A stretch of DNA of 64,000 nt, taken from assembly GCA_041946735.1 (NCBI GenBank), contig JBHGAY010000019.1:32001-96000 (forward strand), read 5' to 3'. The notes beneath the pieces are model-generated. The model was given only the letters and a program-made list of their open reading frames with translations, had not been told where the DNA came from and searched no databases. Below, piece after piece: positions 1 through 9,008 of this stretch (the stretch's first letter is position 1; each line of letters opens with the position of its first letter). The DNA is from Candidatus Eiseniibacteriota bacterium (lineage in GTDB: Bacteria; Eisenbacteria; RBG-16-71-46; CAIMUX01; VGJL01). Both the position numbers and the translations under genes were made by a program.

Positions 1-2
1 CG

Positions 3-587
3 GACGTCAGGGGACTTTCCGTGCAGGGCGGAGAGCTTCCCCCGCATCACGAACCGTTCCACGGACCGCTCGCCGCTGAGCACGATCCGCGGCGCGTCGA
101 TCGCGAGGGTGTCCACGGCGATCGAGAGCAGCCCGGGGATCGAGCCGCCGCGGAAGAACCCCTGGCGCGCCTGCTGCACGACCGTCGTGTCGGCCTGCGG
201 CTTTTTCGGGAACCGTTCGAGGATCGCGGGAAGATCGGCGCGCACGTCGCGCGCGAGCAGCCTCGAGAGCGACAGGTCGTGGCGAAGCAGCTTCAACGGC
301 CGGACGGCGATCTGCAGCGTGTCGAACGAGGCGAGGGTGTCCCCTTCGTCGGTCCACACCGCGCCGGTGAAGCGAAACGCCAGCGGCCCGTGCCAACGCG
401 CTTCCTCGAACGTCAGGTTTCCGGGAAGGATCTTCTCCACCCTCGCGAGTCCGGCGCCTAGCACCGAGCGGCGCGCGGCGGGAAGCAGGAGCACCAGCGG
501 AACGAGCACGAGCAACCCGAGCGCCGTCGCGGCGATCGCGACCGGCACCGCGAGGATCGGGCGCAGGACGCGCCGGGTCGTGCCCAT
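3..587 (-). CDS. tamB: TamB/AsmA-like translocation and assembly module protein, N-terminal part (runs off the window)
   Basis: Not in the ORF track. Read by eye: GGAGG RBS, then ATG at 587 giving MGTTRRVLRPILAVPVAIAATALGLLVLVPLVLLLP (membrane anchor) followed by AsmA-like beta-strands. Lies directly downstream of the Omp85 gene. Confidence 0.6.
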   Translation of the reverse strand, partial: MGTTRRVLRPILAVPVAIAATALGLLVLVPLVLLLPAARRSVLGAGLARVEKILPGNLTFEEARWHGPLAFRFTGAVWTDEGDTLASFDTLQIAVRPLKLLRHDLSLSRLLARDVRADLPAILERFPKKPQADTTVVQQARQGFFRGGSIPGLLSIAVDTLAIDAPRIVLSGERSVERFVMRGKLSALHGKSPDV

Positions 588-603
588 CGTGCCTCCCCTC
601 TTC

Positions 604-2544
604 CTAGAAGACATGGCCGATCGACAAATGCGGGACGGCGTGGGGCTGCCCCGAGCGAAGTCCGCCGAGCGGAAATCCGACGTCGACGCGGATCGGCCCG
701 ATCGGCGTCTGCACCATGATCCCCGGACCGACCGCGAAACGGAGGTCGCGCGGCCGCACCTTGTCGCGCCGCAACCAGACCTGTCCCCCGTCGACGAACA
801 GCGCGCCGCCGAAGCGCCACCAGATCGGGAACCGCAGCTCGGTCGAGAACTCCGCCTTCACGGTCCCTCCGATGGGCGTCCCCTCGGAGTCGAGCGGACC
901 GAGCATGCGTCGCTCGTAGCCACGCATCGAGCTCGTCCCGCCTGCGTAGAAGCGCTTGTTCGGGAGCAGCGCGGTCGCGTTGCGCATCGGCGCCGCATAG
1001 CCGATCAGCGCCCGGGATGCGAGCGTCCAGGTCTCGGTCACCGGCGTGTAGAGGATCCCCTGCGGCTCGAGGCGCGCGTAGTTCTCCGTCGTCTCGAACC
1101 CCGGCATTCCCAGCTCGAGAGGGGCGGAGAGGTACCGCCCGTCGTGCGGCGACAGACGGTTGTCGAGATCCTCCTGCGACCAGGTGAGGCTGAACGTGCC
1201 GAGGCTCGGGCCGGGATTCGCGAACGCCGCCGCCGAATCGGTCTTCGCGTCCAGCGTGTAGCTCGAGAGCGCCACCGCGCCGCGGAGTGTGCTCGTCACG
1301 GAGTAGAGGTAGAAGGCGGCCAGCTCCACCTCGCCCGTGTTCAGCACGTAGGTCTCCTCGTCCTCGCGTTGCCCGCGAAGGGTGATCGAGCCGTAGGTGC
1401 GCGAGCGGAAGAGCGTCGGGCGCCAGACGGAGACCGAGGCGTCCTGCAGGAACTGCGAGTAGCTGCCGTCGAGCGAGAGCCCGCGCCCCGCCCGGAACAG
1501 GTTGCGGTGCTTCCAGCTCGCGCTCGCCCGCACCTGATCCTCCGTCCAGTAGCCGATCGACGCCTCGATCGTGCGGTACGGTCTCTCGTCGAGGTCGGCG
1601 ACGACGTGCAGGCGCCTCTCCTGCGCCGCCTCGGTATAGATGTGGATCTTGCGGAAGAGGTCGAGCAGGCGCAGGTTCTGCTCCGCCCGATCGAGCGCCT
1701 TCGGCGAGTAGGTCGCGCCCTCCTCGATCGCGATCGCCCGCTTCGCCACCTCCTTCAGGTCATCCCCGACGCCGATCACCTCCGTGCTGCCGAAGGTGAA
1801 GACCGGACCCGCGTCGACGACGAAGACGACGACGACGTGCGTCGGATCCTGCCAGTCGAGGCGGGTCGTGATCTCCCCGAACGCGTGCCCCGCCTCTTTC
1901 AGCACCTGCGTCAGCTCGGCCAGCCGGCGATTGACCTCATCCTCGGTGAAGATCTCGCCTTCCTTCAGCTCGAGGATCTTCTTCGCCTTCGGCTCCAGCT
2001 CCTCCGGAAACGCCTCTGTGACGTTGTCGGCGACGCGCACCGCCGGTCCCGCATCGACCTGGATCGTGACGGCGAGCTTCTTCTCCTTCTCCCCGGGATG
2101 AAGCCGCGGCTCGACCTTCGAGCCCGGATAGCCGTTGCGGGCGAGGAACAGGCGCGTCCGGTCGAGATCGTCGGCGAGCTTCTCCGGCGTGAAGATCGGG
2201 TAGTCGGTCCAGAGGATCTTGCTCTTGCCCGCCAGCTCGAGCCCGTCCTTCAGGTCGCCGCGGAGATCCTTCGGCGCCCCGCGGATCTGGAAGTCGGAGA
2301 TCTCCCAGCCTCGGAAGCGGGAGGGATCGGGAGAGCGGCCGGCTTCCTCGTCGCCGGCCGCGCGCGCGGCGGGCGGCGGAAGGAGCCACGGGGCGAGCAG
2401 CAGAAGCAGCGGCAGCAGGAGCGGCAGCGGCGGGCGCCGCAGAAGGATCGACGGAAACGCCGGTCTGGCGGGCGCCGGACGGCTCCGCTCGGAAGCGATC
2501 GCCCCGAAGGCGCAACCGTACCGGATCTGCTCGCGCAGCCGCAT
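604..2544 (-). CDS. tamA: Omp85 (TamA/BamA) family outer membrane protein with POTRA domains
   Basis: Signal-like LLLPLLLLLAPWLL segment, POTRA-like repeats, RFYAGGTSSMRGY motif, TPIGPIRVDVGFP, C-terminal Phe. Start codon uncertain. Confidence 0.85.
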   Translation of the reverse strand: MRLREQIRYGCAFGAIASERSRPAPARPAFPSILLRRPPLPLLLPLLLLLAPWLLPPPAARAAGDEEAGRSPDPSRFRGWEISDFQIRGAPKDLRGDLKDGLELAGKSKILWTDYPIFTPEKLADDLDRTRLFLARNGYPGSKVEPRLHPGEKEKKLAVTIQVDAGPAVRVADNVTEAFPEELEPKAKKILELKEGEIFTEDEVNRRLAELTQVLKEAGHAFGEITTRLDWQDPTHVVVVFVVDAGPVFTFGSTEVIGVGDDLKEVAKRAIAIEEGATYSPKALDRAEQNLRLLDLFRKIHIYTEAAQERRLHVVADLDERPYRTIEASIGYWTEDQVRASASWKHRNLFRAGRGLSLDGSYSQFLQDASVSVWRPTLFRSRTYGSITLRGQREDEETYVLNTGEVELAAFYLYSVTSTLRGAVALSSYTLDAKTDSAAAFANPGPSLGTFSLTWSQEDLDNRLSPHDGRYLSAPLELGMPGFETTENYARLEPQGILYTPVTETWTLASRALIGYAAPMRNATALLPNKRFYAGGTSSMRGYERRMLGPLDSEGTPIGGTVKAEFSTELRFPIWWRFGGALFVDGGQVWLRRDKVRPRDLRFAVGPGIMVQTPIGPIRVDVGFPLGGLRSGQPHAVPHLSIGHVF

Positions 2545-2649
2545 GTCCCGAAGCCTACCAGACGGTCGCTTCCCGATCCCCCGCGCCGGCGGTTCGCACC
2601 GTGACTTCCCGTTCATCGCGCCGGTGTGTGGCCCCGGCGCAGCGGAACG

Positions 2650-4515
2650 TCAGCGGAGCCGCACGAGACGGACCTTCGTTCCCGCGGCGACGACGGAGTA
2701 GACGCCGGCCGGCACGGGCCGCCCATCGGCGCCGGCGCCGTCCCACACGAGGACCGAGGGGCCTTGGCCCTCGCCGGCTGCCGGCGGCCGCGGCGCCGCA
2801 AGCTCGCGCACGAGACGGCCGGCCACGTCGACGATCCGCACGGTCGCGGCGCCCGGCTCCGCCCCGGCCGCGAGGGCGCTTGTCAGGACGATCCGCACGG
2901 CGCCGCCCGGCGAGGGGTTGGGCGCGATCCACGCGACCCGCGCCGCCCCGGCCATCCCCGCTTCCGGGAGCGCGGCGGCGACCGGCGGCAGGATCGTGAA
3001 GGCGCGCGGCGTGATCGTCTCGGCGATCTCCCCGTTCACGTCGACGCGCAGGCGCAGGCGCGCCTGGTCGGTCGCCGGGAGGACCGGGACGCGCCACTGA
3101 TAGCGCCCGCCGTCGGCGAGGCCTGCGGCGACCGGGATCCACGGCCCGCCCGCACCGTCGAGCGACAGGTCGATCGACACGCTCCCCTGCGCGCCGCCCG
3201 GGATGCTCGTGATCCAGTCGACGAACCGCACGGAGCCCGCGACGAAGCGCTCTCCGCCGCGCGGCGCTTCGGCGCGGATCGCGAGAGCGGCCGGCGCGGA
3301 TCCCTCGCGCAGCACGTGGAAGACGTTCTGCTCGCTCGGCCAGCTTCCCTCCTCGACGATGAGCGCGAGGTCGGGCCGTCCGTTGTGATCGACGTCGCCG
3401 CCGGCGCGCAGCGCCGTGAAGTTGCCGGGCGACGCGAACTGGCGGGAGTAGGCGAGCGTCCAGGCCGTCCCGCCGTTTCCGAGCCACACGCGCAGCAGCC
3501 CGTTGCCCAGCCCGATCACGTCGATCCATCCGTCGCCGTCCATGTCGCGCAACTGGGTCGCCGCGATCCCGCTGGCCGGCAGTCCGGCCGACGCGTTCGC
3601 CCATGCCCCGGGACCGTTCCAGAGCCACACCTGCAGGCTCGCGTCCGACGCTCGATAGGCGAGGTCGAGATCCCCGTCGTTGTCGACGTCGCCGAGCGAG
3701 GGGCCGGTGCGGTACGCTGCGCCGCCGGGGAGCCCGGCGTCCGCGTTGACGAATCCGCCCTGTTGATCATTCAGATAGACGGTCCCGTACTGCTGCGCAG
3801 CGACGAGATCCGGAAAGCCGTCGTTGTCGACGTCGCCGAAGAGGAAGTCCTGCGAGGAGTTCCCTCCGAGGAAACCCCACGTGTGCGTCCAGCTCCCGTC
3901 GCCGTCGTTCGCGTAGACGTGCAAGCCGGCGCAGCAGCCGAAGGAGACGGAGCCGACGTCGAGGTCGCCGTCATTGTCTATGTCGGCCAGGTCGGTCCCG
4001 AACATTCCCCAGTCTTCGCCCGCGGTCGCCAGGCCGTCGTCCCACGGCGTCCACGCGCGCCCCGTCCCGTCGCCGAGCGCGACCTCGAGGAGCTGGTCTC
4101 CCAGGTCGCCCGGCGCGTAGTCGTGATGCATCCCATAGGCTGCGTCGATGAGACCGTCGCCGTTCACGTCGCCCAGCGCGACGCCGCCGTAGCCGAACTG
4201 CCCCGTCTGGAAGCAGGACCAGCCGCCGAGCCCGTCGCCGAACCACACCATGATCCCGTGCTCGTCGGTGTTGACGTAGGGATTGCCGTGATCGCCGATC
4301 GAGACCAGGTCGAGGCGCCCATCGGCGTTCACGTCGCTGAACTCGACCTCCGTGCGCCCCGCCTCGAGCTCAGGCGGGGTCAGCCCCGTGGACGATTCGA
4401 CGTATTGGAGATCGGCAAAGGCGGCGGGCGCGGGGGCGGCGAGCAGGAAGACGAGGACCAGGGCGGAGCGGAGCGGCACGGCGTGAAGCAGCGCGGCGAA
4501 GCGGCGATGGATCAT
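2650..4515 (-). CDS. Secreted FG-GAP/VCBS repeat protein with C-terminal FlgD-Ig/T9SS-like sorting domain
   Basis: Signal peptide; seven DxxxDGxxD repeats; C-terminal PNP...DVAGRLVR...WDG...GVY motif. Confidence 0.85.
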   Translation of the reverse strand: MIHRRFAALLHAVPLRSALVLVFLLAAPAPAAFADLQYVESSTGLTPPELEAGRTEVEFSDVNADGRLDLVSIGDHGNPYVNTDEHGIMVWFGDGLGGWSCFQTGQFGYGGVALGDVNGDGLIDAAYGMHHDYAPGDLGDQLLEVALGDGTGRAWTPWDDGLATAGEDWGMFGTDLADIDNDGDLDVGSVSFGCCAGLHVYANDGDGSWTHTWGFLGGNSSQDFLFGDVDNDGFPDLVAAQQYGTVYLNDQQGGFVNADAGLPGGAAYRTGPSLGDVDNDGDLDLAYRASDASLQVWLWNGPGAWANASAGLPASGIAATQLRDMDGDGWIDVIGLGNGLLRVWLGNGGTAWTLAYSRQFASPGNFTALRAGGDVDHNGRPDLALIVEEGSWPSEQNVFHVLREGSAPAALAIRAEAPRGGERFVAGSVRFVDWITSIPGGAQGSVSIDLSLDGAGGPWIPVAAGLADGGRYQWRVPVLPATDQARLRLRVDVNGEIAETITPRAFTILPPVAAALPEAGMAGAARVAWIAPNPSPGGAVRIVLTSALAAGAEPGAATVRIVDVAGRLVRELAAPRPPAAGEGQGPSVLVWDGAGADGRPVPAGVYSVVAAGTKVRLVRLR

Positions 4516-4542
4516 GGGGAACCTCCATTCGAAGCCGGGACG

Positions 4543-4551
4543 ATTCTACCA
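4543..4551 (-). promoter_or_regulatory. Extended -10 element (TGGTAGAAT)
   Basis: TGn-TAGAAT about 28 nt upstream of the FG-GAP gene start, in a GC-rich background. Confidence 0.5.
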
Positions 4552-4611
4552 CGCGGCGGGCGGTCCGCGGCTGCCGCTACCTCGAGGCGCGCGGGCGGCG
4601 CGGACGCGATG

Positions 4612-5229
4612 TCAGTCGAACGAGAGGGTGAGCGAGGCGCCGACCGTCCGGCCTCCGTCGCGCACGAAGGGAACGGCGCGAAGCTCGCCGTGATTGCGCA
4701 GGGAGCGATTGTGGTCGCCGACGACGCCCGGCAGGCGCGCCATGTCGTAGATGCCGTCGATCAGGACGAGGGCGCACCCGCCCGCGGCGACGCCGAGGGT
4801 CGTTTCCACGCCGGAGAAGTCCAGGAAGCCTCCATGCGGCTGGTTCGCGGAGACCAGCGCCGTGATCACGGTCGCGCCCGCGGCGATGCCGAAGCGGATC
4901 GCGATCCCGGTAGCGCCGCGCGACCCCTCCTGCGCATACACATAGCCGCCGGATGGACCGAGGATCAGCCCGGAGCCGAAGAGAACCCCGCCGTAGGGCC
5001 ACGCATCCTCTTCCGCGGCGGCGATCGCCAAGCCGCCGACCATCGGGAGCAACGTCGCGGAGACCGAGGTCAGCACGGCCGTCGTTGGGCTCCTCGGCGT
5101 TCGGAGGACTTCCTCCTTCTTGGCCGACCAGGACGCCGCTCCGGCGGCGTTTGCGAGCGCCCCGAGGATCAACACGCCGCTTGCGATTCTCGACGCCGGG
5201 ATGCTCCAGGAGTGAGCGCCGGGCTTCAT
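4612..5229 (-). CDS. Hypothetical membrane or exported protein
   Basis: GGAGG RBS; several Gly-rich hydrophobic segments; ends in a beta-strand-like LTLSFD. Confidence 0.65.
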   Translation of the reverse strand: MKPGAHSWSIPASRIASGVLILGALANAAGAASWSAKKEEVLRTPRSPTTAVLTSVSATLLPMVGGLAIAAAEEDAWPYGGVLFGSGLILGPSGGYVYAQEGSRGATGIAIRFGIAAGATVITALVSANQPHGGFLDFSGVETTLGVAAGGCALVLIDGIYDMARLPGVVGDHNRSLRNHGELRAVPFVRDGGRTVGASLTLSFD

Positions 5230-5352
5230 GACCGCCTCCTCGGGATCGCCGCGGACCCCGAGGCCGCATAAGAACCAGGAGCATGCCGGTCCCTAAGTGA
5301 CCTCAGACTCGCGAGGAGCGGCGCCGCGGGCGCACGAAGCGTATCCGCGCGG

Positions 5353-5955
5353 TCACGGAGCTGTATCGAGCGCGCCACGGACACCGCGGGCCGCGCGGAC
5401 GACGCGGAACGTGATCGAGTAGCGGAGGGACTTCACGGCGGGGATCGTGTGCTGCCAGCTCCAGCGCGCCGGCCCCGACAGCGCGTACAGCGATCGAGGC
5501 GCGATCGGCAGCGCGTAGACGACGCCCCCGCCCTCCTTCGCGCGCCGCTGCCGCAAGCGCATCACGCAGGGCGCGAGCAGCGAGACGCCGGCGACCGGCT
5601 CGCCGAATCCCGGCGCGTCCCGGTGCCACCCGATCCCCGCGCCTGCCGGGTAGCGTGTGACCAGCACCTCCCCGAACTCCGCGCCATCGACGCCCGACTC
5701 GCGGGCGGCGCGATCGCGCAGCGGGCGCAGGAACTCCGGAATCGGCTCGGCCGGCGTGATCGACCAGGACTCGTAGGCGTACGACCATCCGAAGTGCGCG
5801 GTCGTGCGTTTCGCCGCCACCCCCTTCATCCGCACTTCCGCGAACGGGAGCGATTCGACGAGGGGCAGAAGCGCCGCCTCCTCCTCGATCGAGAGGAAGT
5901 CGGGAACGTAGCGAAGCCCGTCAGGGGGCGTCTCGGTCCGGATCCAGCGCGGCAT
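5353..5955 (-). CDS. AlkB-family 2OG-Fe(II) dioxygenase
   Basis: GLRYVPDFLS...IGWHRD...WQH...RYSITFR (HxD...H and RxSxTxR motifs). Start reset to MPRWIRTE. Confidence 0.9.
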   Translation of the reverse strand: MPRWIRTETPPDGLRYVPDFLSIEEEAALLPLVESLPFAEVRMKGVAAKRTTAHFGWSYAYESWSITPAEPIPEFLRPLRDRAARESGVDGAEFGEVLVTRYPAGAGIGWHRDAPGFGEPVAGVSLLAPCVMRLRQRRAKEGGGVVYALPIAPRSLYALSGPARWSWQHTIPAVKSLRYSITFRVVRAARGVRGALDTAP

Positions 5956-6011
5956 CGTGGCCCGAGCGTAGCAGCCGTGACCGCCGATGCCGCGCGTCGC
6001 CGAAGCTGTCG

Positions 6012-7832
6012 CTACTCCACCCGCACCCAACGCACCGCGTCGCGGCCGCCGGCCGGGCGGACGAGGTAGATCCCGGGCGCGACGGCGCGGCCCGCCGCGT
6101 CCTTGCCGTCCCACTCGGCCGCGCCCGGAGCGAGCGCGCGCACGAGCCGGCCTCCGGCGTCGAAGATCGACACGCCGGCCGACAGATCCCCCTCGATGCG
6201 CACGCGGTCGATGCCGGGATTCGGCGAGACCCTAAGCAGCCCCCGCACCGCGGCGGCCGCCGCGCCGTCCGGATCGTCGATCGCCGCCGACGGCCTTCCG
6301 AGGAAGCCGGTGTGGTCGATTCCGAGGTGGTAGTACGGCCACAGGATGTTCGCGTCGACCCAGGCGCCGGGCGCGTCCCATGCGTAGACGGTCTGGTTGT
6401 AGGCGAGCAGGAGCTCGACGCGTCCGTCGGCGTCCATGTCGGCCAGCGCGGGGTACGGCGGCGCCGCCGTTCCGAGGTTGACCGGCCAGCCCGAGTACGT
6501 CGTGCCGTCCGCGTGGAAGAGATACGCCTTGCTCTCCGCGACCGAGCAGCCGAACGGCGTGAAGCCCGACCCGGATCCGATCGCGATCTCGATCGTCCCA
6601 TCGCCGTCGACGTCGCCCACAGCCGGCGAGGATCCGTCGACGACGCAGTTGACGAGGACCGGCCACCCCTGCGCGACCGTCCCGTCGGCGTTCCAGACGT
6701 AGACGGTGCCGCACTGGCCGCAACTGCCGTCGACGATCTCCAGGTCGCCGTCCCCGTCGAGGTCGCCGACCGCGGGCGAGGAACTGACGTGCGAGCCGCT
6801 CGCCGGCGCGCGCGGGATCGTGAACGGCCAGCCGGCCACCTCGGTCCCGTCGTGGTTCCAGACGTGCATCTTCGCGTCGGTCTCGTAGGTGCCGACGATG
6901 ATCTCGTAGTCGCCGTCCCCGTCGAGGTCGGCGAGGGCCGGCGAGGCGATCACCGAGGTGTGCGTCTCCGTCAGCGTCGGCCATCCGGAAAGCGGGGTCC
7001 CATCGTGCGCGAAGCCGTAGACGCCGCCCGTGCTGCCGGGCTGGTAGTCGTACCAGGAGCCGACGAAGACCTCGAGGTCGCCGTCGCCGTCGACGTCCCC
7101 CACCGCGGGCGAGCACCGCTCGATGAAGTTCCCCGCCGTGACCGGCCAGCCGGGGACCGGCGTTCCGTCGCCGTGCCACGCCTGGAGCGTCCCGTCCTGC
7201 ACGCCGACGATGATCTCGAGGCCGTCGACGGAGGGATCGAGATCGGCGAGCGCCGCGGTCGAGCGGACGTTGCCGCCGACCGCGATCGGCCAGCCAGGCA
7301 ACGGCGTGCCGTCCGCGTGGAGCGCCCAGACCTCGTTACTCCCCCACGCTCCCACGACGATCTCCGGCTCGCCATCGCCGTCGACGTCGCCGATCGAAGG
7401 GGAGGCTGCGACGAAGAAGCCGATGCTGATCGGCCAGCCGGGCATCGGCGTGCCGTCCTGGCGGAAGACGTAGAGGTTGTTGCCGCTGCTGAGCGTCCCG
7501 ACCACCGTCTCGAGCCCCGGAGAGGTCGGATCGAGATCGGCGCAGACGGGAGGCGCCGCGCCGCCGAGAACCGACACCGGCCAGCCGGCGTGATCGGGGA
7601 ACACGAGCGGTTCCGGCGAAGCCGGTAATGCCGGTTCGCTCGCCGCCGGGATCGCGCTGCCGAGCGCGTGCAGGAGCCCCGCCGCGTCCGGAGTCGCGAT
7701 CGACGCGCCGGCGGGAAGCTCGGCGACCGCGATCGCGCCCTCGGACTCTCCAAGGGCGGGGACTGCGGCGAGCAGGAGGAGCGGGACGAAGACAAACGGA
7801 GCGAGCTTGCGGGACGAAGCGATCTTTCTCAT
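6012..7832 (-). CDS. Secreted FG-GAP repeat protein (GWP-type repeats) with C-terminal FlgD-Ig/T9SS-like domain
   Basis: GGAGG RBS before MRKIASSRK; signal peptide; repeated SPAxGDxDGDGxxEI...GWP units; C-terminal SPNP...DAGGRLVR...WDG...GIY. Confidence 0.85.
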   Translation of the reverse strand: MRKIASSRKLAPFVFVPLLLLAAVPALGESEGAIAVAELPAGASIATPDAAGLLHALGSAIPAASEPALPASPEPLVFPDHAGWPVSVLGGAAPPVCADLDPTSPGLETVVGTLSSGNNLYVFRQDGTPMPGWPISIGFFVAASPSIGDVDGDGEPEIVVGAWGSNEVWALHADGTPLPGWPIAVGGNVRSTAALADLDPSVDGLEIIVGVQDGTLQAWHGDGTPVPGWPVTAGNFIERCSPAVGDVDGDGDLEVFVGSWYDYQPGSTGGVYGFAHDGTPLSGWPTLTETHTSVIASPALADLDGDGDYEIIVGTYETDAKMHVWNHDGTEVAGWPFTIPRAPASGSHVSSSPAVGDLDGDGDLEIVDGSCGQCGTVYVWNADGTVAQGWPVLVNCVVDGSSPAVGDVDGDGTIEIAIGSGSGFTPFGCSVAESKAYLFHADGTTYSGWPVNLGTAAPPYPALADMDADGRVELLLAYNQTVYAWDAPGAWVDANILWPYYHLGIDHTGFLGRPSAAIDDPDGAAAAAVRGLLRVSPNPGIDRVRIEGDLSAGVSIFDAGGRLVRALAPGAAEWDGKDAAGRAVAPGIYLVRPAGGRDAVRWVRVE

Positions 7833-7890
7833 GGGTACCTCCGTTTCGGTGCGCAACAAGGATACCACAGGAGCGCCGCGAATCGGACGG

Positions 7891-8853
7891 TCAGCTCGCG
7901 CGCAACGTCCGGGCGAGGAGGCGAACATGCTCCGGTGTCGTGCCGCAGCATCCCCCGAGGATGCGCACCCCGGCGTCGCGCAGCTCGAGCGACTTCGCGG
8001 CGAACGCCTCGGGCGAGAGCGGATGCACGAGCGCCGAGCCCCGCCTCTCCGGCAGGCCCGCGCTCGGCCGGAAGTAGAGCGGGAGATCGGTTGCCGCGCG
8101 AAACTCGCGCGCGAGCGCGACCATCTCCTCGATCGACGGAGCGCAGTTCGCGCCGAGGACCTCGGCGCCCGCTGCGGAGAGCGCGTCGCAGATCGTCCGC
8201 ACGTCCTCTCCGCCCGCCGCCCGGAAGGGAGGCCCTCCACGGGGAAACGCCATGGTCGCCATCACCGGAGTCTCCCCGTCCGCCGCTTCGCGCGCGGCGT
8301 CGACGGCGATCACCGCCTCGCGCAGGTCGGTCATCGTCTCGACGGCGATCGCGTCGACGCTGCCCGCGTGCAGGCGCATGGCGGCAAGGAAGCTTTCCCG
8401 CAGCTCCTCGGGGGTGACGTCGCCACCGGGTCCCAGGCGCCTGCCGGAAGGGCCGCAGGAGCCGAAGACGAACCTCGGGATGAACTGGACCTGCCCGGCT
8501 CGCTTCCCGCGAGTCCACTGCTCGACGACGGCCATTCGCGCCGCGGCGATCCCAGCCCTGACAACCTCCTTGAGTTCCCCGGACAAATCGAGGGAGGCGA
8601 GGCGAAGGGGCGTCGCTCCCAGGGTGTTCGTGGTGACGATCTCCGCGCCGGCCTCGAGATAGCGCCGGGCGATCTCCTGGACCATCGCATAGCGCGCGAT
8701 GTTCCACGACTCCGGCGGCGGCGGCAGTCCGCGCGCAAGAAGCTGCGTGCCGGTCGCGCCGTCAGCCACGCGGACGATCCCCTCGCCCAGCCACCCGCGT
8801 AGGAAGCTCCCGCGCCGCTTCGGATGGTCCGGGCGATCCGCTCGCGCTCGCAT
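7891..8853 (-). CDS. Stand-alone homocysteine S-methyltransferase family protein
   Basis: DGATGT, TTNT, ETMTDLRE, GANC and GGCCGTTPEH zinc-binding motifs. Confidence 0.9.
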   Translation of the reverse strand: MRARADRPDHPKRRGSFLRGWLGEGIVRVADGATGTQLLARGLPPPPESWNIARYAMVQEIARRYLEAGAEIVTTNTLGATPLRLASLDLSGELKEVVRAGIAAARMAVVEQWTRGKRAGQVQFIPRFVFGSCGPSGRRLGPGGDVTPEELRESFLAAMRLHAGSVDAIAVETMTDLREAVIAVDAAREAADGETPVMATMAFPRGGPPFRAAGGEDVRTICDALSAAGAEVLGANCAPSIEEMVALAREFRAATDLPLYFRPSAGLPERRGSALVHPLSPEAFAAKSLELRDAGVRILGGCCGTTPEHVRLLARTLRAS

Positions 8854-9008
8854 GACGATCCTCCTTCCCTCCGCGAGCAGGATGGAGCCGGACGGGCGGC
8901 AAGGGCAAGAGCGGCACGAGCGGCAAGAGCGGCGCGAGGGCAGAGCGAGGGCGGAGCGAGTGATCGCTCCGCCCCTGCGCCGCCTTCCTCGAAGCTTCCG
9001 CCGGCTTC

